Shown: positions 1-10,900 of the stretch, piece by piece
How positions within the stretch are numbered: position 1 is the stretch's first letter
How the letters are laid out: each line of letters opens with the position of its first letter
NCBI GenBank assembly: GCA_046563655.1
Contig: CM102290.1
Coordinates: 1,178,001 to 1,242,000, forward strand
DNA from: Yuukianura sp. NJ FZ-2021
Taxonomy: Eukaryota
Length of the DNA: 64,000 nt
Direction of reading: 5' to 3'
The notes under the pieces: model-generated
The model's database searches: none
Told to the model about the DNA's origin: nothing
Seen by the model: the letters and a program-made list of their open reading frames with translations, nothing else
Translations under genes and position numbers: made by a program

Positions 1-111
1 AAGATCTATATACATTCGACAAAGACTCCGACAGTGCGAAAAGAACTTACGAAGAAGTAAATGCCGCTTACGCTGCACTTTTCAATTTCCTTGGAGTGAA
101 ATGGGTCAAAG
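1..111 (+). CDS. PARS2: Prolyl-tRNA synthetase, mitochondrial type, internal exon (5'-truncated by window edge)
   Basis: Frame from position 3 reads DLYTFDKDSDSAKRTYEEVNAAYAALFNFLGVKWVK, which matches the KD(L/A)YSF region of bacterial-type ProRS. Phase-1 donor G|GTATAC at 112. Confidence 0.92.
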
Positions 112-195
112 GTATACAAACAAGACATTTTTTTTACTGTTTGATTACAGATTGGCTAGTAAATATTAATGGAGGGTACTTGTGGTATTTTACAG

Positions 196-425
196 CTCAG
201 GGTTCAGCGGGAACAATTGGCGGTGACACTACTCATGAGTATCACTTCGTATCGGCTGTCGGGGAAGATCAAATTCTGATTTGTCGAAACTGTGCTGAGC
301 ATTTTAATAAGGAATACATTGACAATGCGGGTGCTCCAAGTCTGGACGATACTAACCGCGAAGGTGATTCTGCGCAATGCTTCAACTGTGGTTCTCAAGA
401 CTTCGATAGAATTGCTGGAATTGAG
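196..425 (+). CDS. PARS2: Prolyl-tRNA synthetase, mitochondrial type, exon
   Basis: Acceptor TTTTACAG at 195, phase 1. Reads AQGSAGTIGGDTTHEYHF...GED...CRNC...CFNC...GIE (cf. ProRS ADxGxIGGxxSHEF). Donor GAG|GTAAAA at 426. Confidence 0.93.
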
Positions 426-500
426 GTAAAAAAAATGTTATGTTCCTATCATGCTTTTGTTTTCGGAGGTTCATGATTATCGTTTTCATTTTTTACGTAG

Positions 501-716
501 GTTGGACACTCCTTCCTTCTCGGAATGAAGTATTCAAAACCAATGAAAACAACATTCATTCACGCCAATGGGAAACCTGCTCTCTTGGAAATGGGCTGTT
601 ATGGTCTCGGCGTTTCTCGAATCTTAGCTGCTGTAATTGAAGTTTTGTCCACAAATACAGAGATTCGGTGGGCGTTGCCACTGGCTCCTTATTCAGTTGC
701 CATAATTCCACCAAAG
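501..716 (+). CDS. PARS2: Prolyl-tRNA synthetase, mitochondrial type, exon carrying class II motif 3
   Basis: Acceptor TTTTACGTAG at 500. Reads VGHSFLLGMKYS...MGCYGLGVSRILAAVIE...WALPLAPYSVAIIPPK, the GIEVGHxFxLGxKYS and MGCYGIGVSR ProRS signatures. Donor AAG|GTGACT at 717. Confidence 0.95.
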
Positions 717-820
717 GTGACTAGAAACGTTATTCATTGCCATTAAAAGTATTAGTCAATTTACCCATGTACTAGGATTTGTAAAGAAATACATTTTTCT
801 TTGGCTTCTTTTATATTTAG

Positions 821-1129
821 GGTGGAAGTAAAGAAGAAAAAATTGGACTTGAGTTGTCGGGAGCACTTCTTGACTACTTCGATAAACTTCTGCCTAACGA
901 CGTCCTTCTTGACGACCGATCGGAGTTTACAATTGGGAGGCGCTTTACAGATCTCAAGCAAATGGGAATCCCATACGTCATCGTTTTGGGCAAGCGTCTT
1001 ACTGAGAAGCCAAGTGTAATTGAATTTCATGATGTGTACAATGGGATTATAACTGACTTGACAAAGGATGAAGTGTTCAAGTATTGTTATGAGTTGAAAG
1101 ATCGGATGAGTAGTAGTAGTCGTAACTAA
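821..1129 (+). CDS. PARS2: Prolyl-tRNA synthetase, mitochondrial type, last exon (anticodon-binding domain)
   Basis: Acceptor TATTTAG at 820, phase 0. Reads GGSKEE...DVLLDDRSEFTIGRRFTDLKQMGIPYVIVLGK...RN*, an HGTP-type anticodon-binding domain pattern. Stop at 1127-1129. Confidence 0.93.
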   Translation, partial: GGSKEEKIGLELSGALLDYFDKLLPNDVLLDDRSEFTIGRRFTDLKQMGIPYVIVLGKRLTEKPSVIEFHDVYNGIITDLTKDEVFKYCYELKDRMSSSSRN

Positions 1130-1463
1130 GGTTTTTCTTAAATTGTGTGCCATTTCTCGTGAATTTCTAACTCTTAACGTTGTGACCCTTGACCGCAACC
1201 ATTTGTTCCTCTAGTTTATCCACTGTACGATTTCACAGCTTTTCTTATAACTTTCCGTTTGAATTGGCTTAGAGTTTGAAAGTATCAAGTTAGAAAACTT
1301 TGCAATATTTTTTATAATAGTGCGACAAATATTGACAATAGTGAGAAGTTAGCAACGATTTGATGTAATTCCGTATGAAGCATTCTAATGTATTCTTTCA
1401 TTCAAATAGAAAAGTAATATGTTCGAGAATTTTCAATATAAACATAAAGCACTTTAACTAATT

Positions 1464-1469
1464 AATAAA
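1464..1469 (+). promoter_or_regulatory. Candidate polyadenylation signal for PARS2
   Basis: AATAAA about 335 nt after the stop codon, followed by a GT-rich tract (TGTTGTATTGT). Confidence 0.5.
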
Positions 1470-2275
1470 AATATCGATTCTAAAATGTTGTATTGTAAAT
1501 ATCACGTAAGTTTGAGTTAATACCAAACGGGTTACCAAATCTACGTGATCTTTATGAAAGCTTTTCTACCTACCATTTCTGTTCATTTCTACCTAGTGTA
1601 GTATCTACTTATCCGTGCGGACTTTTTTCATTCATTCGAATGAAAACACTTAAGAGCTTTCTCCTCATAGTCCCTTCAAGTCCATTCACGTCAGAGGCCC
1701 TTACGCTACTTTTTATATGTGGCTTATTTTATTAGATTATTAAACTTGACTTTATCCCTTCATAATTTTCTTTTACAAAGTTTACTTTGTCGAAAGGAGG
1801 GTGACAAAGTAGGACGAAGTTTTTTTTTTGGTAATTCAAATGTTTGAAAGTACTAATGCTGGGTGACCAGAGTATGGGCTTAATATCCTGAATACAGTTA
1901 GTTTCTCTGGCAAATTTCAAAATTGCAACTGTAAAAGTACTTCTTGTAAGTAAAAGCAAAAGCAAATTACTTTTGCCACCAGAAAGTTGTCGCTTTGCTT
2001 GAGTTTTAGTTTTGCTTATGAATCCATTAAATGAAATACACGCACCCTATACTTTTGAAAAACTTTTGCCAATTTATTCTTTCCAGGGCATCTCAGGATT
2101 CAATTAAGCGTTAACGTCTTCCTTTGAACAAACTTCGAACTGAAACTTTATACGAAACAAGTTTTTGTTTCCAATTTCTGTGGTACAAGGCTAGGTTACA
2201 TTTTGATTCACAATGTGCAGTTGTTATAGGTTTTATTCCTTTGCATTTTAAGGAAAACGTGCTTTCACTTTTCAG

Positions 2276-2641
2276 CAGCGTTCCGAGATGCTTTGTAGTA
2301 ATTTTTTTCTTTAAGCAAAAGTAGCAAGCATCGGTTTTCTTGCTTGTTATTTTTGACTTTTTGTTGCTTTAAGAGTTAAAAATAATGTTTCACAAGTTTG
2401 ACCACTTGGAAGGTAAAACTAACTAATAATTGTCTTATCCAAGTTAACCTAACAGATATACACTCGTATGTAAATAGTTTTTACATGGATACAGTGGCCT
2501 AGGTGAAAGGAATGCGAGCCAGGATTCCTTTTGCAGTAGGCTTTTGTTGTTAAAGCAAAAAAGCTAAAACATAAAAAAAAAGATTTTTACAGCAAAAAAA
2601 GCAAAGCATCGGCTTTAAAAACCGATATTTACAGAACACTG
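2276..2641. mobile_element. Degenerate non-autonomous MITE (hAT-like)
   Basis: Ends CAGCGTTCCG and CAGAACACTG form an 8/10 inverted match. Flanks CTTTTCAG and GTTTTCCG match at 6/8. Internal repeated AAGCATCGG(T/C)TTT and AAAAGCAAA motifs. Confidence 0.4.
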
Positions 2642-3088
2642 GTTTTCCGTAACAGAAAACTGTCAATTTAGCGTCAAATGTCCAAAGTATCCAAATCAAT
2701 GTAACTTCCACTGTGACATTTAAGACATTTTGGTTATTTCAAAATTTACATATTGCTTGTTATTTGACACTTTAGTTGAATCTGAAGTACGAATGATTCT
2801 TATACGGCCTACGCCGCCATACGTTCTTCCTCTTCCAGAAATGGTTCAGCGCATCAAACTGTTTCAAGTCAAGGCGTTTTACACTACCGCAACTGTCAAA
2901 GTTCGATCGGTTTGCTCGTCTCTGATTGGTTGTTTTAGAAAAAATCCCGGAGGAAGTTTTTGAAAAACGGTCTTGATTCGGAATTCGCAATATCGGAATT
3001 ATTTCTTGTTCAGTCACAGGCGATGTAAAAAAAAAAAAATAACAACAACAACAGCAAACGTACAAGAATTTACCAAAATTGTTGAAAG

Positions 3089-3143
3089 TCAGACTTTCTC
3101 GAATTCAGTATGAATGACGGTCGGCCCTACTAAAAATTCCTTC
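3089..3143 (-). CDS. Unknown 75-aa microprotein, coding exon 6 (last)
   Basis: Minus-strand acceptor TTTCTTTCTCGCTGTATAACCAG, phase 2. Reads (T)KEFLVGPTVIHTEFEKV*. TGA at 3091-3089. Confidence 0.75.
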
Positions 3144-3238
3144 CTGGTTATACAGCGAGAAAGAAATTGTATTTCTGCTAGTACTCAAGGAAAATGGAAC
3201 GCGAGTTGAATGGAAATAAAAATTAAAAACCAACTCAC

Positions 3239-3253
3239 GTTGATACTATCTTT
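3239..3253 (-). CDS. Unknown 75-aa microprotein, 15-nt microexon (exon 5)
   Basis: Minus strand TTTGTTGTTTTTCTTTAG|AAAGATAGTATCAAC|GTGAGT. Phase 2-2, encodes (I)KIVS(T). Confidence 0.75.
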
Positions 3254-5106
3254 CTAAAGAAAAACAACAAACAGTTCGTGACCTTCGACCTCTGCAATCT
3301 GCATTCACTCTGTGAATTTACAATCGACAAAGTATCAATCCTTTCCTACTTTTGTGTCACCAACACATAATTAAATCTGATTTTTTTTTGCAACTGAAGT
3401 CTTTCAGGATTTCATACTGTTGTTAACCGCTCTTTTCTAACACTAATGAAGTTTCAGTGTAGTAGTATTATTGGTATAAAATCTCTAAAATTTTAGAGCC
3501 ATACAGCAGGTTTCTACGAAATGCTTAAAGTTAGGTAATAAAATTGTCAAAGTACTTTTATTTCCTTTCTAAGGTTACAAGAAAACATTACATACTCTTA
3601 TGTTTAGGCAGGACATATTTGAGATGTCATAATTTGAGACATACTATTTTGGTTGTCGTCTGTAAGGCCTTCCGCTGCCGCTTACGTTGTTAGTCTTAAT
3701 CCAACTTTGAGACTTCATTGTGAAAGTGGAAAACGGAGATTGAGTGGAATGACGCAGATGGTGGGCCTCGTATTGCGTCCCACCCTGAATACTTGTTTTC
3801 ATCCGTTAGACTCAAGTGGGAGTAACTAAATACCCATAAAAATTCAGTCGGTTTTACCATTTTCTTATTCCCGCTCCTTTGTCCCCGTCGCATCAAATTT
3901 AATTAGAGACGTGCTAACATTTGTCAAAGCCACGGATGCACTTGACACTTCTCCAACGTCCAAAGAGCCAAATATGGAAAGGCCACATAATGTACTAAAT
4001 GTATCAAATACAATTCTTAAGTATTCTTCCAACACTAACCAGTATAACCACTTGAATAATCTAAAATTTTAAAACTTTTAGCGTCAGTTTAGCGTTGGTT
4101 TTATTGGAATTATGAACTGTGAGTTCATAAATTAAGTTATTTTCTTGTTCAAATTATTTTTTTTTCATAATTTGGACTTTATGTCAATTTAATTTTGTCA
4201 AACCAGCGTGAATTTTTATTTCTGAAATTCCAAAAAATTTTGACTAAAAATATCAAAAAAATTTTTTTTACTAATTTCAAGGAAAAAGTTTTGTAGACTT
4301 TTGTAAACTGATTAATTGAGTCCCATGAGAATCGATGTTTAACAATGGCCGTTTGGTTTCCTCCTCTCCACCTACACTTTCTCCCAATTCAGTTTTTCTT
4401 GTAGACTTTCAATTTTTCCTTTCAACTTTCAACTTTTTTAAAGGAAGTTGAATGAATTGAAGGCTCAGAAGGTTTCATTTCCTCACATTCTTCCTCCTCC
4501 CTCCAAATTCCCAATTCCTTTTCTGTTACTATTCACTTCCCCTTTTATTTACTGGAGTCATTTCTAGACTTTCTCCGTGAGAAAGTCGGCTGCTCTAAAT
4601 GGAGATGGACTTCTGGCACCAAATTTAAAATTCCAACCTTAACTCCCGCTCTCGTATCCATCCTCTAGCAAAACGTTACTTGAAGAAGGGCATTCCTGTG
4701 CCTTTGAATGGGTGGAATAATCATTACTTTGTTTAGCATTTAATCTTTCTAGAAAAGCTTCCAAGAGTGTAGGTGGAGAAAGTGGTTTCTAAGAGAGGAA
4801 AGTGGTAATAACGGAAGGAAATGAATAGGGTAGCGGAGGATAAAGTAATTAATTGAAGATACAACTCACATATAAATTTCATTAAGTTTTTGCAGTGAAA
4901 GGTTCTGCTATACCTTGTCGCTGAAAGTCTCAGTCAAGCACTTGGGTCACAATAAGTTTATGTGACCTAAGATTCCAAGTACGTTCGTAAAGACTGCTGG
5001 AAGTCGCTTTGAATGAGATTGAAAGTCGCCACAAAACCACAACCCTCAGTAAATGGAATTGTCTTTGTCTGTACTAACATTTTATTGTCATCAAAGTCGG
5101 TCCGCT

Positions 5107-5258
5107 GACAGAAGTGGATCTCAAAAGCACGCTTTTCTATACGCCTAGTCGCAAAAAAGCGGATAATTTACATAAGCTACATTCTATAAAAATATATAAA
5201 AGCTTCTGTAAATTATCCACTTTTGTAAGAGTATGCTTTTGCATATCCGCTTTTTGTC
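5107..5258. repeat. Nested fold-back (palindromic) element, probable MITE remnant
   Basis: Inner arms AAAAGCGGATAATTTACATAAGCT and AGCTTCTGTAAATTATCCACTTTT are a 22/24 inverted match. Outer arms GACAGAAGTGGATCTCAAAAGCA and TGCTTTTGCATATCCGCTTTTTGTC are also inverted. Confidence 0.65.
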
Positions 5259-5376
5259 GTTGAGTCTAAAAATCCAACGTGTAGGAACCGTAAATTTTGT
5301 TCAGTTTAATAAAAATTAAAAAAAAACAGAAATAGTTGAGTGAAAAGGGTGTAGCGGTTAACAGTTAATCACTTAC

Positions 5377-5395
5377 ATGTCACCTCTATCCAAAA
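5377..5395 (-). CDS. Unknown 75-aa microprotein, 19-nt microexon (exon 4)
   Basis: Minus strand CTTTTTCATTAACTTGGTTTAG|TTTTGGATAGAGGTGACAT|GTAAGT. Phase 1-2, encodes (V)LDRGD(I). Confidence 0.75.
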
Positions 5396-6076
5396 CTAAA
5401 CCAAGTTAATGAAAAAGTGGGCGTGGATGATGGTACTAAATTGTTTGGAAACGATGCCAAATTGATAAAAAGCTTTTGTATCCATTTATCACAATATTTT
5501 GTAATCAGAAAATCGGATTTCGCTTGTTACTTTATCAAGAGAAAGTTCAAAAGCCCGCATATCCTGGATAGGAAATCTCATTAATTTCAGTTCCCACAAC
5601 TGCGGGTATTGAGCCCCTATCATAACAAGAATTACAATCAGTCGTTCCAATCCCCGCACCATCATTGAAACCCAAATTACGAAATAAGTTCAAATTCAAA
5701 AGAAAGTTTAGATGAGTTGCAAGAGTTTAGAATGTTTCTGACACTTTCTTCCACGAATAATCGAGTTCCATTCTTCTAAAATTACTTTTGCAATTTCACT
5801 GGCTTTGATATGATTCTAACACTTCTTTTCTCATTTTCACTCTGCAAAATCCTGATGGTATCTAAAGTACCGTACTCGCTTTCAAAAGAACACAAAAATA
5901 CTTCAATTTCCTAACTGCTAACTACTTCGATTGGAATCTTCCATTGTGCTTAACCAAAATTTTACTCCTATTCAACAGAAAATAAGATTTAGAATCGATG
6001 GCTTCCTCTATTTTCATGCGGGGTTTTACAGTAGCGTCTTCTGAACTAAATTGTAAGTTTCTGAAGGATTTTCTTA

Positions 6077-6092
6077 CTCTCTCTCTCTCTCT
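6077..6092. repeat. (CT)8 microsatellite
   Basis: Read directly from the sequence. Confidence 0.8.
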
Positions 6093-6169
6093 CAGGTAAT
6101 TTGAAACACAAACTTTAAAATACAGCACAAAAACAAAGACTATATGGTTTTATTTTTGGAAAAAAAAAA

Positions 6170-6590
6170 TCGTCAAAAAATTTTTCCGGATCCGAAATTT
6201 TCAAAAATAAAATTATCTTTTTTTGCCAGAACAATGTTTTATGGTGTGAAAATAAGTTCTGAGTGGGTTTCGGACAAAAGTGAAAAAAAATTTTTTTTGT
6301 TGATGGGAAGGGTCCCCCCCCCCTACCTTCATTTTCGAAAGGTCAAAAAATGGCAAAGTCCGAAAACATGCAATGGGGGGACCCTTCCCACCAATAATTT
6401 TTATTTGCAGAAAACTTTTGGAAATGACTAAAACCGTCCTAGAAAGTAATTATGAAGAAGAAAAAATTTTTGAAAAAGTTCTAGTGTTTCAAGTGTACAA
6501 AGTGTTTGAAAAAATTGTCAAAAAAAAAAATTTTTTTTTCGGATCCAAAAATTTCTGGGAGAAAAGTTTTCTTTTTTTTTACCAACCCTG
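6170..6590. mobile_element. Probable non-autonomous repeat (MITE-like) with an internal GC-rich inverted repeat
   Basis: Perfect 16-bp inverted repeat TGGGAAGGGTCCCCCC (6304-6319) and GGGGGGACCCTTCCCA (6375-6390). A degenerate direct repeat GTCA(n)T(n)CGGATCC lies near 6172 and 6517. The right end CAACCCTG is the reverse complement of the CAGGGTTG end of the element at 7656. Left boundary uncertain. Confidence 0.5.
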
Positions 6591-7655
6591 GTTGATAATG
6601 GAGAGACTGACTGTTGAGACTGAGACGTAATTTTTGAAATTGAGGCAGTTGGTGGCTATAACCGGCAACTGCGGACGTGGGTTCCTTGTCGTTTTCTTGC
6701 AGAAGATGAGCTTTAGGTTACGTCAGGCTAGCCATCGACCTATTTGTTAAGGGCCGAGGTAATTGAATTGTGCGTCCATTCAGAAAAGTGGAAAGACCAA
6801 AAGAAGGACTGGAGATATTTTCCATTAAGAACCTCCCAGTTGACATTCTCTGCTGACAGGACAAGAAACCATACAGAATTTATGACCTCAGCCATCACGA
6901 CAGTTTCCAAAAATTGGCTTCATAATCAGCTGCTCCGGCGTTTTTTGGACTGTAGAGTCATCCGGAACTCCGAAACCTCAAACGACGCACAAAAATTTCT
7001 TCTACAACTATCAACTCTAAACCATGATTTTTTTAAAAGTGGCTCTAGGACTTTTTTAGAACTGAGAATTTTTAGAATTTGAGCATTTCAAATTAGTCCG
7101 CTCAAATCCAATCATGAGCAGTGAATTTGATTGAAAAATTGAAAATTACGTGTATTTTCACTAGAAATTAAGATTTCAGCTCAATGGGTTACAAGAAGCT
7201 CAAAGGAAAATCCAATTTTAGATTTTAACTCGAATTCAATTAGCATAAAACTTTAAAAGTTTTGAAAACTGGAAAAAGTTCTCCTTTTTTGGACTTGCAG
7301 TTCATAAGTGAAGCTTAATTGAGACTTAGCGAAAGGTTTAAGTGAGATAGCTTTCACTGTGGTAGGTGGATGACATTGTCAAGAACACAAAGGAATTCTT
7401 GGCTTTCCGTCAGACTTTCCAGAGAAACCTGTACAAAGTTTTCTCATTTTCTAAAAAAAGAAAAAGGAAAGAGCACTGCACGGATCAAAGGTTTTCAAAT
7501 TTGAAATTTCCTTTGCCACCGCCTCTGTCTTTTTTTAATAAGAAAAAATTAACCTGAAAGCTTCCTTCATATTTACTTCTTCAAGTTCTTGTACAGTCAT
7601 TTTTGACTTTGAAGAGCACATATTTTGTTTAAAGATGTTTGTGAAAATTGTGGCG

Positions 7656-7917
7656 CAGGGTTGCCTGCTATTATAAAGCATAATGATTAAAAGCAACTGA
7701 TTTAATCATGATTTATTTAAAGCAACAATTGTGCTTGGCTTTAAAGTGCCCCTATTATAAACGGTTGCAGTATAACAATTTGGTTAAAACAATGAATGAA
7801 ATCAGTTATTAATATTAATTTCGTTTCGAACGGTATGAATTTTTAAAGGAGATGCTTTAAAGCAAAGAAGCTTTTATGTTGTTGTTTTTATTTAAATCAT
7901 GATTTTTATCCAGCCTA
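7656..7917. mobile_element. Degenerate hAT-like MITE
   Basis: Ends CAGGGTTG...CCAGCCTA. Flanking 8-bp near-duplication TTGTGGCG / TTGTGGAG (7/8). Subterminal inverted AATCATGATTTA...AAAGCAACAA versus TTGTTG...TAAATCATGATT. Confidence 0.55.
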
Positions 7918-10900
7918 TTGTGGAGAAAACTTGACAGCAACTTAATACTGTGTGCTTTTTACACAGTATGTATTTTCTGAATATTTTGTTGTTTTGGGTT
8001 TTGTCTCAAATTGAAGTGACACAACGTTTCATCGTAATACAGACTGTAATTTCCACTACACAATACGTAAGTTTTAACGATGGAAACCGTATTGGAACTT
8101 TTCCTGTCTCAAAGTTCTATTGACATTGTTTTTCCACAACTAGGGTTTTGTTTCCAGAAAATGTGGGTAATGTGCCCAATTTGGAGATGTTGCTTTCCAA
8201 ATGCAGGAAGATAAAGCACACGTTGGTTTCACTGTGTGTGGTGCTGTTCTACTTACTTTCCCTTCATATAAATCAAAGTCTTTGGCATAAAGCCTTCCAA
8301 GACTCCTGCAATTTCTTTCAAAATATTTTTTTCTTAAACCCAACAAAACTAGTTCGTCCTCCCAACCCACGCTGAGTAATAATTCAAAACGTTGATTTAT
8401 GGACTTGGTTTTTTTTTTAAATTAAGCAAATGCCAGGCAAGGTAGACAAAAGCAGTTCTTTTGCATTTGAATCGAAGAACATTGTAAAACATTTCCAAAA
8501 CGGTCTAAGCTCAAAGAAACGCTAAAGCACATTACAATGGTGATGGAAAGCGGCAAACGTAAAGACTTGGTATGGTAAAAGCGGTTGTTGCGGCTTGAGG
8601 AGTGTGAATACCGCGACCCTAACAACCGAAAGAACCTCCTGCATGATTCCTGGAGTTCTAAACCTGTTGGAGTGTTTGAACAAGGGATAATAATTTAGGT
8701 CCAAATCTAATTAGAACGTGTCTTCTGGAGAAAGCGAGCACGAAAAGCATGGAGCCTATCTAAGGAAACTGCAGAGAATGTCCGAGGACAATAGAAATGG
8801 AGATTCATTAGACAGGCGGTGATAGTTTGAAAAGGCTTCCGAAAATTAAAAGAAACGGCAAGGAAAGTTGGAATTAAAAAAAAGAGTTCAAAAAATTGAA
8901 TGTGACAAATAAACTAATGGCTTCTATACAAAGGTTATCAAAAGTCGTACAGTTGGTACTAACTGTGAAATCTCCAATAAAAAACATTAAAATACCCACA
9001 ATTTGGTTTTCTCTAGGAGCTGTAACCCATGTTGAACATACTTTTCAAGATCTCAACAAAGGCAGTTCGAAAAAAAAATTTCTACGAAAACTTGTGAAAC
9101 TAGGTTTATATAATATGCAAAGTAAAAAAAAGCTCAAATCAATAACAAAAAAAATCAAGTCGCCTTATGGTTCGTTAACATACAAATTATCAATTTTTTT
9201 TTTTGAAATTTTATGTACAAACTAAATGGAGAAAGTGTTTCTGAAAAACTGAGTTTTTACATAAGCGTCGCAAAAGAAGCGAGGAAGAACGAAAACAAAA
9301 AGTGCCTTCTAAACTTATACAAACTATACTCTCTAAATTAAACAAAGTATGTACAATTTATATAAAATAAAGCATCAGTTACTATGGTTGAAGCTGTCCA
9401 ACTGCGTTTCTTCCGAATTCTGTTGACCTTTGCCCACAAACCCCCTCCACACGCTCCAGTTTGCTTTGAGCTGATTCGGATTTACTTGATTATCTTCTGG
9501 GAAGCTCCTAAATTCAGAACCAAAGCCTCTTCTCGCGCGAATGATCTGTGCGTAGGTTTGTAGCTGTCGTTAACAAAAGGAAGTTACAAAAGCTTCAAGA
9601 TGAGATATCGAATGGTGGAAATGGACGAATTAAAAGACCTTTAGAAAATGAATTGTTGGGTGCTGAAACTAGGTTTCAGGCGCAGTCGTTAATGCAACCT
9701 GGAGCACTTGGATGGTTTGACGTTGATCAACCAATTTTTCCCAAAAACTACGTAATTTCCAAAGTTTGGTAAACAACTTCGTAAAAGGAATAGCTTACAA
9801 AAAAAACTCACATTACTTTTTTTTATTCGAATTGTTCATACATGGTTGGTGTTTGTTAAATGGTTGCTAATTATCTTTCACGCGCATTAAATGGAGATTT
9901 TATTAAAAGTAATTGAATGTTAAGGGCAAAGGTCACTTTGCCGTAAAAAATCCCTGAAAGTCTGGAATCTTTGTTGATATAGCAAATGGACTATAAAAAT
10001 TCAGGACATCAGTATTCCCCCTGACAATAGTTTGAAGAAAGTTGATGCTGAAGTGACTTTTTGGTTTCTATAGAACTCCAAAAGGAAAGCGCTCTTGCAA
10101 TATTAGAAGAGAAAGGTTTTTGAAAAACGGAAAAGAAAGTTGAAAGGTTACAAATGGCTTCGAAAATGCTTTTTGAATGAATTTTTTCCTTTCTCCTCTA
10201 TTCCTCGTCCGTATCTTTGGAACTTTCACCTTACTACTACATTTGTAAGAAAACGTTTCAGTCGCAAACTACATTCGACTCTAAAAATTCGTCGCTGACA
10301 ACTTTATTTTAAAAAAAAAAGAATGAACTAAATCGAATTGAGCAGTGCTACCCTGTCGTTGACATATCCTCCATCCCATTCTTCTTTTCCGCCAATGCCA
10401 CAAAGTCTTAGAATCCAAAGCGGGAGTTACAGAAGCCGACTTCATCACTTCCACTCTATTGACCAATTGTGCTGGCAATCAGGCGACATTCAAATCCAGT
10501 CGTCCCACCAATGAATGAATCGTCGAACAAGGCGGAAACACAACCATCAGTTAGCAAACAGCAGCATGGTCTATACTTTTTTTCATTTCTATTAATTAGC
10601 CTTTGTCTCCAACTGCTTAACTGCGGAGGCGTACCATTATGAATGAAAAGTCAATTGAATTGAACAAACGCTCTAAAAAAATATAAAAACAAAAGTCAAA
10701 GGCTGTAATTTATTTCTGCTAAAACCACTTGAGACTGAAGAGGAAAAAATGTAATTCAAAGGAGCATTTCAGGATCAGAATTTTCTGTTAACAAAAGTTT
10801 GAGGTTTAGAAAAATCAAACTCTTGACTACATAAACTATTTTTAGTTATTCAATTTTATATTTTTTTAGAAACATTTTGATAATTCTAAGTTTGTCAAAG

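Noticed and set aside
2772..3065. 97-aa minus-strand ORF beginning with poly-Cys/poly-Phe
   Set aside because: Translation of (TGT)n and poly-T tracts. It lies downstream of the microprotein stop, so it is probably 3' UTR.
8257..8305. Minus-strand 49-nt exon-like segment with a GTAAGT donor
   Set aside because: Purine-rich acceptor, and inserting it between exons 3 and 4 would break the frame.
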